This document shows, piece by piece, positions 34,823 through 48,358 of a stretch of 64,000 nt of DNA (positions are counted from its first letter, which is position 1; every line of letters starts with the position of its first letter). The DNA comes from Strigamia acuminata (lineage: Eukaryota): contig OX442314.1 of assembly GCA_949358305.1 (NCBI GenBank), positions 6,882,001 through 6,946,000 on the forward strand. The letters are read 5' to 3'. Both the position numbers and the translations under genes were made by a program. The notes under the pieces are model-generated. The model worked only from the letters and a program-made list of their open reading frames with translations. It ran no database searches and had not been told where the DNA came from.

Positions 34823-35918
34823 GATCCGAAAACCGACTGAAAAGCAAGTTGAAACGTAAAATAAAGACAGCAGCAGTCATTCTAAAAAAGCTACAATGTA
34901 CAGTACTAAATGTAAAATAATTGTATTTGCAATTCAATGTATCATTATACTTCATTTAATGTGCTTAACTTGTAATTTTAGTCTAACTAAAAGTTTAGTT
35001 TAATGTTAATAAAGTTTAGTGCTATTTTTCAACGTATTACTCCTTCACCATGTCGCGTCCTACTTGGTATAGGTTTAAATAGCGCTAACGTGTAATACTT
35101 TACCTGTGATCAATTATGCAAATACCCAAATGAATACCAAATGTATGTAAATAAACAGGTAATTTATTCACCAGGCTTTATGCCTTTAAAATACACTCAG
35201 TAATAATTCTAGAGTCGACGTGGTCAGCGTCGAACAAAGGATTTCTCAAGATGGCGTCGTCGATTCCGCGTGGTCGGCGGAACAAAGGCGGCGTCTCGAG
35301 TTGTCGTTAATTCGTCACGGATTCGTCTTCACGGACGCGGTGGAATGCTCTCTCGAGTCTTCTATCCGTGCCTGTTGTCTAGGGTTTGGTTTAGTGTCGC
35401 AGAGGCCTCGTCTAGGAACTTTGGGGTTCCCTACAAAGCACTCGGACACTTACTTCGGCGAATAATCGTCTGGGCGATTATTCTGGGTGATTTCACAAGG
35501 GCTATTCTCGTGCTTTCGCAGGAATAGCTCGCAAGTGACTTCGTGAGAGTTACAGTTTGCACTTTACTCAGCGATCCTCGATCAATCCTAACTTGTAGTT
35601 GAAGTTGGCCTGACGGTGAGGTAGTTGCTGTGTTCTTGGTGTCGTTTGTGTAAGTTCTGATTTTAGGCGGGAAACACAGCCTTTTATGCAGTGGGGTGAA
35701 GGGCCGGCAATCAACCAATGGGGGCTGACCACCAGCCGCTTCCTCCCCCTCGGGGCACACACCTGCCATGGGGAGGTGGAGCCAACTCGGGGGGGAACGA
35801 CTCTTTAATCATAGTGACTCATAGGACAAGTATCCGCCCTGGGGGGACACTTATCCAACTGGGTCACCACACGTCCCTCCTCCAGCTTCGATCTCGGATC
35901 GGAGCGATCTCAATTTTC

Positions 35919-38900
35919 TCATCGCTCTCCTCTGCGAAGAGCCGGCAGCACTCCTCTGCATGGGCGGAGGATCACGGGTGGCACTGCCGGTGGCGGCGGT
36001 GGTAAATCCGGGGGCAGAGAGGTTGTTAGATCCGCAGGATTTTGTCGCTCGTTGATGAAATACTGCGGGTGACCACCGACGGGTTCGCCGATCAGTCCCG
36101 TACGCTCATGGATCCAGATCCGGGTAGAGGCCGGGAATCGGTCTGGAACGAGCCGGATCCTTCGTGACTCGGCGCTCGACCCGGGTTTCCTGTGGGCCCG
36201 TAGGATACGGCGATGGAAGACGGCGTCCATGGTGGATCGGGCTTCTCTGTTTAGCCATTTGAGGATCGATTCGCCGTGATCATCGGAGTCAATGATGCGT
36301 TGTCGCGTGAACTCCGACATCTGAAGGAAGGGGTATTCCACTCCCAGCCTCAAATAAAGCTGCGCTGCTGGGGGCGGCGGAGGCGATGGTGGAAGCGGAA
36401 TCTCCATTGGGCTCTCCAACGGTGGCGTAACCGGCTCTGCGGAGAGAGCGGCCAGCCCTGCCGCTGGTGGTGAAGGAGAGGGCAGCGGAGGAGTTCGGGG
36501 TCCTCGCTTGGAACGCCTCGGAATCAATATGGGTCGATTCGCGTGCCGCTTCTCCTTCGGGAATACCGGCTTTGGGGTCGGTATGTATGGTTGGACCGCC
36601 GCCTCTGGGGGGGCGGTCTCGATGGCCTGTGGGAGGCTCGCCGCTGTTCCTGGTATCTCCGGAGCCTCCCGAATTGTTCGCAACAAGGAAGGGTGGACTC
36701 CGGGGTTCCGGTAGCGGAATGCTAACGAACGCATCTTTGAAAACTGTAGGCCTGGGTTTTCCGTATTTCTGGCTAGGTCGAAGCGCAGCGAGGCGGGCTC
36801 AGGAGTCCATCCGGCCCATACCTGGTACAACGCCCGAGGAAAGTGAACTCCCTCACGGTCGACGATTGTCCAGGCCGCCATAGCCTGCCGGCTGTCCAAG
36901 AAGACGCCCAGGGACAGCAGCTGGGCCAGTACGTTCGTCACAGCCAAATTCAAACTGCTCCGATGGCAGGGGTGAGCGCGGTCCGGATTGTCACTGAATT
37001 GTTGTGACAGCGTCCGCATCTGTTCGATCGCCCAATTGATGTGGTGAGTTTGGGCGGCGTCGGCCTGTCGTATGGCCAACTCGGCAATCGCGGGGTTCTC
37101 GTATTCGGCCAGATATTCCTGTAGCTCGCTGAGTGGGGGATAGGCCGCTTCACGCCGGCATCGGGCGTCCATCTCTCGCTGTGCGTACCACTCGGCGTTA
37201 CGATAGGGCCGGTACGCTCGTGGCGTTGGGGGTGACGGTGGACGGCCCAACCCCGGTAGGTCGTCGTATCTGACCCGTTTGGGAGTTGGATCTCCCACCG
37301 GAATCATCCGGGGAGGGGTCCACGTGGTCACGGCTGGGTTTGTACCCTCGAGGAGTGGCGGCCATCGCGATTGCACCTGTGGGGGCACAAGCGCGGTGGG
37401 CACAGCCGGTGTTGAGCCCGACGGCCGGTTGGCCGCGTATCCTCGGAAGGCGTTCTTCAATGCCACGGCCAGATCTTGCTTCGTGACCGGTCCATCCTTG
37501 TCCGACTCTTCTTGGGACATTTGTTCTTCCGTCAATTCTCCCAAATCAATCTCTGCCTGGAGCCTGGACGGCCCAGCCGCGGGCCCGAGACTCTGGGGTT
37601 CGGACCTTTTCGCGGCGGCCATCTCTCGCTCCTTCTCTAATCCCTTAGCTATCAGGGATTGTGCACGCATCTTCTGACGTACTTTTCGCTTCCGATTCCT
37701 CCTGGTGCTGGCTGCGACGGATCTTCGTTGGATCGTCCTCTGGGGGACGTCCGTCGGAGAATTCGGTCTCTGGTGTGATGAGACGGTTCGTCGCGACGAG
37801 GATTGATCTGACGACTGTGTGGTAATCGCCATAAACAACGAGGATCTTTTCTTTCCTCGATCTTGATGTGTCTCGGCCCTCGCAGCCCAGTGGGCGGAAG
37901 TTTCGACTGTTCGCTCAGCCCGCGCGTCGTCTGGCGAGGCAGGCTCGAGCGTTACTACTCGGCGACACTCCGAGCGCACGACAACTCGAGTTCGAGAACT
38001 GGAGCTGCTCGAGCGGCTGCGGTAGTCGCGACTCGTTGACGGGCCGGCCTCTATTGGGGAGACGGCCTGTCTTCTTCGTGCGGGTCCGCGTGGGGCGGAC
38101 TCCGCCGGACGCTTCGATCTTCTGTGATGGCGGCGACTTCCCAGGATACCAGCGTGGTATAACTGCCACATCTCAGACTGCGTGGCCGTAAAATTCGCCG
38201 GTGGTATCCATCTGGGTGTCAAATGGTCTTCTTCGATGTCGCGAAGCCATCTACGGATTTCTTCGGGGGAGAAACCGTTTCTCTCGAGAACTCGGGTTAC
38301 TCCGTGAGTCTCGGTGCGCTTTAAGCGTTCGATCTCGTCGTCCACTATTCTCTGGCGGGCTGCCAAGGTCGGGGCCTCGCGCCACCTGTGGGAGGTGTGC
38401 AGCTCGGCCACCGTGCCTGGGTAAGCCTCTTCCAGGTACCCGGAGTAAACGGGGCTCGGCGGATCCGCATCGGGTGGGATCCGCGGCCCCACTCGCTCCC
38501 TCATCTCCTTCGTCATGCACTCGACCAGCGTTTTCGATCGCTCGAATTTTTCCTCGAGGGTCCTGGAATACATCAATCGGATTTTCCAGGCGCTGGTCTC
38601 TGCAGGATAGGCCTGCCGCAGGTAAATCGGCAGGGCTCCGCGAAAGATGTTGTTGGCGGTTGACACCGTCGAAGGCAGGGCGTCCCACGATTCTAGCGGG
38701 TCGACCTGAATAATTTTAGATCACAAGATTAATATAATAAATCCCAGTTTAACGATGGGGATCAGAAATATGCTCAAGATCGACGGTGGCAGCAACTCCT
38801 TTCTTTTGTTGCGGCCGTCGGTCTTATTTTCTTGTTTCGCAGTTCTGCTATGATCTCCGCCGTCGTAGCGCTGATCCAACACTACCTTTGAACTCAGGTG

Positions 38901-39382
38901 ATCCGCTTTTTGGAAGGGGTCGCAGGCAAAACCGATCGTTAAATTCTTAATTTTACGTTAAACTTTTTTATTTTAACTCTAATCGTATTTTAATTTATTA
39001 CGATGTTTAAATTTAAAAGAAAGAAAACCTTTAGTTTTGGTTTTGGTTTGCCACGACGCCATTCCGCGAACACTTCCTTTGTTCTGGTTTTTTGGCGGCC
39101 TTGACTCCGAGGTGAATCTGGGTCCACTCTCGGGTTTTTAGCCAGCCTTAAATCAATAATAAAACAGAAAGAAATATATCAGTCACAAGTCACGCTCCAA
39201 TCTGGGTTGGATGCAACAGATTCAAAGAATTATGTGATTTCTCTGGGGAAATCACACTAATTTACCTGCAACGGCGGTTGTTCGTCCCAATTCTCATCGT
39301 CTTCGGCGTTTACGATTAGGCCGTCGCTCTCGTCTCTCGACGATGCGCTCGGCTCTAATCGTGGGTTGCGTCGATCGGCCAT
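35919..39382 (-). CDS. Orphan accessory protein of the Gypsy element, probably spliced, about 967 aa
   Basis: 915-codon open frame starting at GTG; in-frame acceptor ttcag/GTC at 38705; candidate exon 39382..39266 (MADRRNP...QPPLQ/gtaaat), phase 0. No recognisable domain. Confidence 0.65.
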
Positions 39383-39761
39383 TTCAATTTAGGAAAATGA
39401 AGTTTTGTTTGAGAGGTCTTTGTCTTTCTCTTTGGGGAGAAGCAAAAACACGTCTCGTCGTGTTAAAAACAGTCGGAAACTGGGCCTATCGACGCTGAGA
39501 ATTGTGGGTCTCGAACGCGTCTCGTATTTTGCGAGATCCGCCGTGCTGGCAATGACGCTACGGGGTCGACCGCGTGGTTTCATTGTCACGTGGTCGCCCG
39601 ATACGTCATAACTTCTCGTCTGTTAGTGGTGACTGCGACAATTCGTTGCGAAGTTTGGACTTAGCCAAATTTTCGCGTCTCAACATGTGCAGCAGCTCTC
39701 GTAAGTAAATCTTTTTATTTTACAAGGCCTCCGCTCCATGTTGTCACATTTTCTTTTATTT

Positions 39762-42700
39762 TTAGTTCTTCCCCACGACTTTGCCGTCCCGAATGAACGG
39801 ATTATTGTTTCGTCGTGGTCGAAGGTTGATTTTCGACGTGCTCGTAGATCGTGACTCTACTTGCTCGTTCATCTCCGATGTATTGGCATTTTTCTCATTA
39901 CTAATTTTTTTATTTTCCATTTCAGAAGTACTTTCTTCTGCTTCCTCCCTCTCCGAAATTGCTTGTTCCGGCTGAGCTGGAGCCTCGTCGGCCGGAGATT
40001 CGGCGTCGAAGAATTCATCCTCGTCCTCCGCTATATTTTCAGCTTCATTTGTTTTTTGGAACGTGTCGACCACGGTGCCCCCTTGGCCGCTGTGTGTCTG
40101 ACCTTCCAGCCAGATTTCTTGGGGAAACTCTGGCAGATATGGCCTTAAATCTCGGCCATGTATCGACTGAAAATTTTTGTTATCCTCTAAGCGGCGTAGT
40201 TGGTATGCGTTGCCGCCGTGTTCGGCCACAATTACATAGGGACCGTCCCTTTTGTCGGCTAAACCGGCGGCGATGCCCCTCGCTGCATTGGACAACGTGT
40301 GTGCCTCCTTCCACACTAGATCATTCACTTTAAAGTTCGCGAAAGCGAGATCGCCTTCTTTATCTGCGATTCTCTCTCTCATGTTGAAAATATGCGCCAT
40401 CATATGCTGGTATGTGTCGGATATAGTCTGTTCCAACCGGCATACGTACTCATGTGGGCTCGATGGGTCTAATACGTTAACAGCTTCGGCAACGCGTGGG
40501 TCCCATGGCATCCTTAATTCGCGGGCGAAGTTGAGGTACGCCGGTGAGAATTCGCGTGTTCTTGACACGGTTGAGCGAATGCTGAAAGCGATTTCTCGCA
40601 GGTATTCGTCCCATCGATTGTGAATATCGGTGAATACTGTCAGCGCATATTTTATGTCTTTATTTAATCTCTCGACTGGATTTGTCTGAGGATTATATGT
40701 GGAGGTGTTCGATGCATCCATTTTAAATTTTCTACAGAAGTCCTTATATATTCTTGATCGGAATTGGGGGCCGTTATCCGAAATGAGTTTTCTGGGAAAC
40801 CCAAATCGCATTGCCACGTCGTAAAGGCACTCGACTATGTTTTCAGCCGAGGGCTTCACGAGGGCGTACAGCTCCGGCCATCGGGTGGCCACATCCATAA
40901 TTACGAGAATATACATGTTCTTGTTTCCCGTTGTGGGCTTGGGGCCCATCAAGTCTATGCTTAGGCAGTCAAACGGTGCGTAGGGTCCGAGAGACATGGC
41001 GTTTCTGGCTACTTTATCTCGTGGTCTACACGCTTGGCACCGGGGGCAGTGTCGGATAAATTTCGTTATCTTTTGCCGCGCGCCCGGCCAGAAGAAAAGT
41101 TGTTTTACTCGATAAAGGGTTCTCGCTATGCCGGAATGGCTGGCGAGCGGGTGTCCGTGCATCAGCCACAGCAGTCGGGTGTGCAGCGATGCCGGTACGA
41201 CCACCTTAACCGAGTTTCCCGCTCCGCTGAGGTCGTCTTAAAACGTCGGGTGGTATTTTACCAGGAGTTCATCGTCTATGAGGTAGCTTGTTGCTTCTTT
41301 GACGAACTGTTTTCGGCGGTGTGGGTTTGTCATCCCTTCCGGAAATTCGCCGTTTAGCAAATATTGCGTTATAATTTGACATTTTGTGTCAGCTGCCTGG
41401 TGTTCGACGAACTCACGTCTCGTGAGTGGAGCATATTGCGTTTTTTCTTCAATTTTTGCTGTGAAGGCGCGTAGTAGTGTTTTGTGGGTTTCTCCGGGGG
41501 GTGGAGATTGAATTTCGGACGTTGAGTCGTTCGTTCCAGCTGGCTGGTACGTTCTAGTCCAAAAACCACAAAATGTCTTATCTTCGGGCTCCATCACCGG
41601 CAGTTCGTTTGCTTTTCGTAAGCGCCATATTCTGCGTGGAGTTGGGCAGTACAAGAGGTGGGTGTCGTCCTCGCCGTCGTCGTCTGGTCCTTGGGGGTCA
41701 GAGGCTGAGGCTCTTGAGAGGGCGTCGGCCACATGATTGTACTTCCCGGGGCGGTACGTAATTGTTATATCGCACGCCATTAACTCCAGTTGCCATCTTG
41801 CGAGTCGGCCGGAAGGTTCCTTGAGCTTCATCAACCAGCTTAGTGCCTGGTGATCTGTCTGAACCTCGAAGTTCGTGTACTCCAGATAGTCGCGAAATTT
41901 TCGAACTGCCCAAATTACGGCTAGGCATTCTAGTTCCGTTGCCGTGTAATTTTTCTCCGCGCCCTGTATTTTCCTGCTTATAAACATACAGGGTACTTCT
42001 TGCGAGATTCCGTTGTACACGTGGGTCTGCAGAAGGGCTGCACCCAGTCCGATTTTACTCGCGTCGGTGTGCAACACGAACGGTCGGTTTAGGTCCGGCA
42101 ATGGCATCTTTTCGACGTCAGCCAGCATTTGCTTGATAGTGCTAAATGCGGCCTCGCACTGGACCGTCCACTCAAACTCTTTATCCGTTCGTAAGAGATC
42201 CGTTATAGGCGCGGCCACCTCAGCCAGACCAGAGAGTAGTCGGCCGAAGAAATTGACCATGCCCATAAATCTCTGGACACCTTTTATATCTTCGGGGGCG
42301 GGGAATCCGTTTATTGCTTTAACCTTTTCGGGGTCAATCGCGATTCCCTCGACTCCTATTCGATATCCTAGGAAGGCAAGCTCTTTTCTGCAAAACTTGC
42401 TCTTCCCTGGATGGATGTGGAGTCCCGCCTTGGCTAGGCGAGAGACCACTCTGTCGATGTGGTCTATATGCTCTTCAAATGTGTCCGACGTTATTATGAT
42501 GTCGTCGAGATACGCCCACACGAAGTCGTGAAGCATATCTCCCAACACGCTTTCGATCAATTTCTGGAACGTGCTCGGGGCGTTTACAAGCCCGAACGGC
42601 ATCACGTTGAACATTAATCTTCCTATCGGGGAGTAGAAAGCCGTTTTCAGTTTGTCTTCGGGTTTGAGTTCCACCTGCCAATACCCCTTTGACAGGTCCA

Positions 42701-43897
42701 TGGTGGTTACCCACTTAAATGGGCTCAGCTCCCGGAGGATCGAACTATAGACGGCATCTGAATCGGGTCTATCACCGTTATCGCGTTCAGGGGGCGATAA
42801 TCAATGCATAGTCGAGGTTCCGAGCCTGGACGCATTACCAGGACGATCCGCATGGCGTATTCGCCCAGGGCTTGCGTTACTATGCCCTTGTCGAGCATGT
42901 CTTGGCACATTTGCGTCACAATGTCTCTTTTCTGGGGGTTCATCCCCTTGTAAGGCACTCGAATCGGCTTGTCTGTGGTCAAGACTATTTCGTGGGTTGC
43001 TTCTGTCGTTCGACCAGGTGTCTTGGTCAGAATTCTTTCATGTTTTCGAAGCACTCGCCTTAGTAGCGATGCCTCGTTAACACGTAGTGCTGCCTCCTCG
43101 ACCAGTGTGTCCACGACGTTACTCCTCTGTAACTCCAGAGTGAAGGCTGCGAAATCGTAATCTTGGACAAATTTTCGCAATCCTCTTCCGTATTCCTCTT
43201 TGTCCTTGGCTTCGTCCAGTAATTTTTGGGGAACTACGGGGATTGGCCGTTCTCCCTCGGGACTTATCCAGTTCCATGAACGGGTTATCGGGTTTGGCTG
43301 AATTTTCAGTTTTGCCATGATATCCATCCCTAGGAGGAACACTTTGTCGTGGGATGGCAAGACTATGAAGGGGTGGGACAGGTTCCCCTCTTTCCAGTCG
43401 ATCATGATGCGAACTACGCCCTTCGGCTTGACGTAGCCGTTGGCGGTGAGCAATTCTACGTTCGCGTTCACTTGTGCTACTTTTTTTTCAATATCCAAGT
43501 CCTTTACTATATCTTCGGATATGAATGAACGATCCGCTCCTGAATCCAGCAGACCGAACAATTTTTGGTTTTCTATCTCCACTGGCAGCATACACAGAGT
43601 CTCACAATGTGTTTTCGTGACGTTGCAGTGAAATACCCGTAGCTTTTGAGGTTCGACCTCCAGATTGAACGGAAGGTCCGTCCAATCCATGTCGAGGTCC
43701 GGCTTCGTTCTCACTTGCATACTCGTCAGCGTCACTTTTTCTTCCTTCTTCGGAATGGTCTGCATGCGATCTTTGATCTGTGCTTCTGCCAAGGCATGAC
43801 CTGCGGGTCCCATGTGATATTTCTTCTTTTTAATTTCCGCGGCTGGCGCAGACGAAGCTGAATTTATTTCGGCGACGCCTGCGCTTGGGAGTTTTTT
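39762..43897 (-). pseudogene. pol (PR-RT-RNase H-IN) with one frameshift and one nonsense codon
   Basis: LLDSGA, YLDD, TDAS, HHCC and DLMGP/SDNG motifs; 1-nt frameshift near 42740; in-frame TAA 41238-41240; A-AAA-AAC heptamer at 43891-43897 leads from gag into the open -1 pol frame. Confidence 0.9.
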
Positions 43898-46800
43898 GCC
43901 AGATTAGTATTTAACTCCATCATCATTTTCATCAGGGTTTGCATGATGTCTTTTTCTTTGACGGTTTTTTCGCATTTGTCTGAATAGTGACCGTATTCTC
44001 CGCAGCTGTAACATTTGATGTTACTTTTATCCTCTGTGGGGGTGAATCCCGGTTTTTTCGGGACGAAGGGCATCGGGAATCGCCTTTTTCCTCCCAATAC
44101 CCCTCTCGCTTTTGTTGCCTGCACGTGTGCTCTGAATTGTGCGATTGCTAAGGCCCGGTGTGCATGGTGCAAATAGGGACCTTGATCGTCGCATCCCGTC
44201 GATAAGTTTTCGAGGTGCTCATTTAGGGCTTCCTCGTCACTTGATGCCGGCTCCTCTTCTTTAGCCGTGGCGAGAGGTGTTGTCTCTTCGACTTTCTCCA
44301 TCTGGGTGGAGTCCGTCGAGGTCACCTGCATCGCCGTTGCTGCCGGTGCTTTCTTTGGGGCAGCTATCGGGTTGGCTGGAAGAATACTGCCTGCTTTAGG
44401 CGTCAGCATTCGTCCGAAGGATGCTTCGGTGAGACTCATTATGCCGCTCAAATATTCACTTGGCCTCATTAATTTCTCTGAGGTCTTGTGACGTTTGGCG
44501 CTCGTCTGCAACCGTTTCTCGTGTGCGTCAGCTTCCTCCGGGGGCAGAGTGGCGTAATACCGCTGTTCTATTTCTAACGTGTTTGTTAGAAGATAGTTAC
44601 TGACATCTTGGTAATCGCCAGTGCGGGGTGCACGCATGTCTAGCAGAATTCTTTGCGAGTGGGCCGATAATCCTCCGTAAAAGATCATCGTAAAACCAGC
44701 GGGGTTTATTTCGTACGGCGCTCTTGCAAACAGGAGTTTCGCTCGGGCGTCGTAGTCGGCTAATGTTTCTCCTGGGGCTTGTCGTAGACCACGTAATTTG
44801 TTACTGATCTCGTCTGGAGTCTCGCCGTATCGGAGATCGAAACGGACGAGAAAATCGTCCCAGGTTGGGTTTTTCAGTCCCTGATACCATTCTCGAGCTG
44901 ACCCCGTGGTTAGTTCCACTAGACCGTGGGTTAGCATGTCGGCGACGGTGGCTTTTGTCGCTTTCTTGATACGCATTACTTCGTCTAGGAAGCGGTCTCC
45001 GGCCTTCCACGAACCGTCGAATCGTGTTTGTATGTAGTGTTGCCAACGGATGTTACCCGTGGCTTCGCCGCTTGGTTCGTTTCGTACGCCATATTTGCGT
45101 TTAACCCTCTCTCCAGCGCGATTATGTTTGTCGCCTGGATGGCCTAGATCGATTCCTTCTCTTCTGAAAGAGTTCAGCAGGGCTCGGCCTAGCTCAGACA
45201 TCGTGTAATGTCGGCCAGATGAGTCCTGAAAGTTCCCTTCCTCCGAACGAGGGTTGGAGCTCCGGGAGGAGCGGTCTGAAGCATTCGGCCGGTTCGACCG
45301 GTGCCCATCGCTGCCTTCTTGACTTCTCCCTGTCGATGGTTGACTCGGATGGCCGTCGTCCGACGAATCGGAGGGCTCGGAGGGATCTCCTCGGGGGTGA
45401 AACCTCGGCCCTCTCGGTGGGGTCTCTCCGCCAGCCTTCTTCTGTTTCGAGCCTCCGGATGGCGGCGGCTCCTCTCCGTCGTTGTTCTCGTAAAAAGAAT
45501 GCCATCTGTTTTCCTCGCTTTCGGGGCGTTCCCGATTTTTATTTGCGTTTTTCTTTTCGAGTAACGCGTCGATGGCTGCTCCCGTCTCGGATCTTTTTGA
45601 GGGGTGACGGTCCTTTGTTTTTGGGACCGACTCGTCTCTCTTTTGAGATTTCCCCCTTTTCGCCGTCTTTGCCGGCTTCGTTGCACCTTCTCCCGTGTCG
45701 GTATCAGAGCCGCTGGGGTGGTTCTGATTTCCGTTTCAGGTTTTCTTCATTTTTCTTCCTGTCCGAGACGTCTTGTTCGTACTCTTTCTGGAACTTTTCT
45801 GTCTCCTTCTCCCAGTTTTCGGCTTCCCATCTTTTTTGCTCATCTATTATAGCTTGTTTCTTCGCTTTGTACTCTTCTGTCCATCTGACTCGTTCCCATT
45901 CTTCTTTCTCCTTTAGAAACTGCTCTTTTTCTTTTCTGGCTTCGTCTTCTCTCAACCTCTCGCGATGTTGTTCTTCCCATTTCTGATGTTGTAGAATGGC
46001 TTCTTTTCGCAACATTTGTAGCTTTTCTGCTTTTCTTTGAGCTACGAGCGCTTGGAACTGGTCTTCGTACTCTTGAGCTTCTCGGTGCCGCCCTTCTACT
46101 GTGGCGTTCCATTCTTTTCGAATTTTAGCTTCTCGTTCTTCCCTCATTTTTTGGACCAGTTTCTCTGTTCTCTCGGTGGTTCTTCTCTCGCGTTGCTCCC
46201 TTTCTTCCTCTTCCTTCCAGAGTTCTCGCCGCTCTGCGCTCAGTCTTCGTTGGCGATTAATCGCTTCTTGTCTGGCTTCTTCACGGGCCTTCTCTCTGGA
46301 TTCGTGAAGTGCTCGGTTGGGGTCTGGCGCGAAACCTCCGGTGTCACTGGGCGTTACCTGGGGCATGGGCGTCTCCGCTGCTGGTCTTGCGACCGGCGTC
46401 GGGGCTTGTGCCGCGCAGATAGCGTCAGTGAGTAGGGTAATCGACTCCCAGACTGACGTTCCTACTGGAATGTCTATCATCGCTTTCAGTTGGGCAGCTT
46501 GCTGCGTCAACCGAATTAGGTGAGATACTTCGAAGGAAACAACCGCAGGACTCGCCGTAACTCGGGGGGTTATGGGGTCCCGCCGTCGTTTTTTCGTGGG
46601 GTTTGCTCTACGGGCGTCTGAGCCGTTGGTGGCGATGGGTTCGTGCTGATCGTGACCGTTCCTTTCGGAGCTTCATTCGTCTCCTCGGTCATCAATATCG
46701 ATACTTGTCCTGGTGATACGTCGCGAATTTCTTCTCGATTTTCTATGGCTTCCGGATCGGTATCTTCGAAGGGTTGCATATTCAAGGGAACCCGCTCTCG

Positions 46801-47004
46801 CTCTGGCCCGTCTAGGGCCGCGAGCGATGCAGCTTGCTCCTCTTTCTGCGCCTTCGCTCTCCTTTTATTCGCTCGGGCTTTAGCCTTTGCGGACATTTCA
46901 GGGACGGGACCATCCGACCTTAGGTGGTAGTCGGAAGTCCTTTTTCCCTTCTCGGGCATTCTCTGCTCGGTGTCAGACGTGGATTGCTCATCTTTGTCTG
47001 ACAT
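43864..47004 (-). pseudogene. Long gag (about 1050 codons) with two compensating frameshifts
   Basis: ATG 47004; Glu/Arg/Lys coiled-coil-like segment; CYSCGEYGHYSDKC knuckle; frame changes near 46590 (-1) and 45740 (+1); frame open from about 45735 to 43864. Confidence 0.8.
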
Positions 47005-48136
47005 TTTCTTTCGGTAATTCTACGATTTGGGTTATCTTATTGAGAGATCACAAGTTCAGATTCGAGATTTATTTCTAAATCCCGGACAGGCCCCCACGTG
47101 TCGCGTCCTACTTGGTATAGGTTTAAATAGCGCTAACGTGTAATACTTTACCTGTGATCAATTATGCAAATACCCAAATGAATACCAAATGTATGTAAAT
47201 AAACAGGTAATTTATTCACCAGGCTTTATGCCTTTAAAATACACTCAGTAATAATTCTAGAGTCGACGTGGTCAGCGTCGAACAAAGGATTTCTCAAGAT
47301 GGCGTCGTCGATTCCGCGTGGTCGGCGGAACAAAGGCGGCGTCTCGAGTTGTCGTTAATTCGTCACGGATTCGTCTTCACGGACGCGGTGGAATGCTCTC
47401 TCGAGTCTTCTATCCGTGCCTGTTGTCTAGGGTTTGGTTTAGCGTCGCAGAGGCCTCGTCTAGGAACTTTGGGGTTCCCTACAAAGCACTCGGACACTTA
47501 CTTCGGCGAATAATCGTCTGGGCGATTATTCTGGGTGATTTCACAAGGGCTATTCTCGTGCTTTCGCAGGAATAGCTCGCAAGTGACTTCGTGAGAGTTA
47601 CAGTTTGCACTTTACTCAGCGATCCTCGATCAATCCTAACTTGTAGTTGAAGTTGGCCTGACGGTGAGGTAGTTGCTGTGTTCTTGGTGTCGTTTGTGTA
47701 AGTTCTGATTTTAGGCGGGAAACACAGCCTTTTATGCAGTGGGGTGAAGGGCCGGCGATCAACCAATGGGGGCTGACCACCAGCCGCTTCCTCCCCCTCG
47801 GGGCACACACCTGCCATGGGGAGGTGGAGCCAACTCGGGGGGGAACGACTCTTTAATCATAGTGACTCATAGGACAAGTATCCGCCCTGGGGGGACACTT
47901 ATCCAACTGGGTCACCACAACCACCATTTGGAAGGACCTGACAGTTGATTACTCACGTCGACTGCCATTAAACCTACTTTAATACAAGTTAATGTGGGAT
48001 GGTAAACCTTGTTGGGATGAGAGGGAAAAATTGCAGTGGAAGATGCTTAAAAATGATGTCTTGTTGTTCATTTGATGTCAAAAAGTGAGAAAATGGACAC
48101 TGGAGATGTTTACTCTCTAAAATGCCTCATTCATAA

Positions 48137-48358
48137 GGGGCCGTCCATAAATTACGTAACGCTGATTTTTCGTTTTTTAGATTTTTTAGATTTTTAAATT
48201 CACAGTAATAATAAATTGAAACAATAAAAATAAAATTTTCACTTTTTGTTACGTAACATTATTAAGAACCCCCTCCTCGTCGTAACAAACCTTAACAAAA
48301 TTTGAAACCCCTTCCCCGTCCCCCACCTCCAGGCGTTACGTAATTTATGGACGGCCCC
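48137..48358. mobile_element. PIF/Harbinger-like MITE
   Basis: Perfect TIR ggggccgtccataaattacgtaacgc; TAA TSD. Confidence 0.88.

Larger units (their letters stand above)
35051..47919 (-). mobile_element. Full-length 12.9 kb Ty3/Gypsy LTR retrotransposon with an extra ORF
   Basis: 821-bp LTRs 35051-35871 and 47099-47919 (two substitutions seen); 4-bp TSD ACCA; tRNA-Pro-like PBS 47077-47096; purine tract before the 3' LTR; order gag-PR-RT-RH-IN. Confidence 0.97.

Noticed and set aside
35220..35769. Duplicated ORFs also at 47268-47817
   Set aside because: Chance ORFs inside the two LTR copies.
46588..46594. Second programmed -1 frameshift (A-AAA-AAC plus possible hairpin) early in gag
   Set aside because: A compensating +1 shift near 45740 is also needed, so a homopolymer deletion is simpler.
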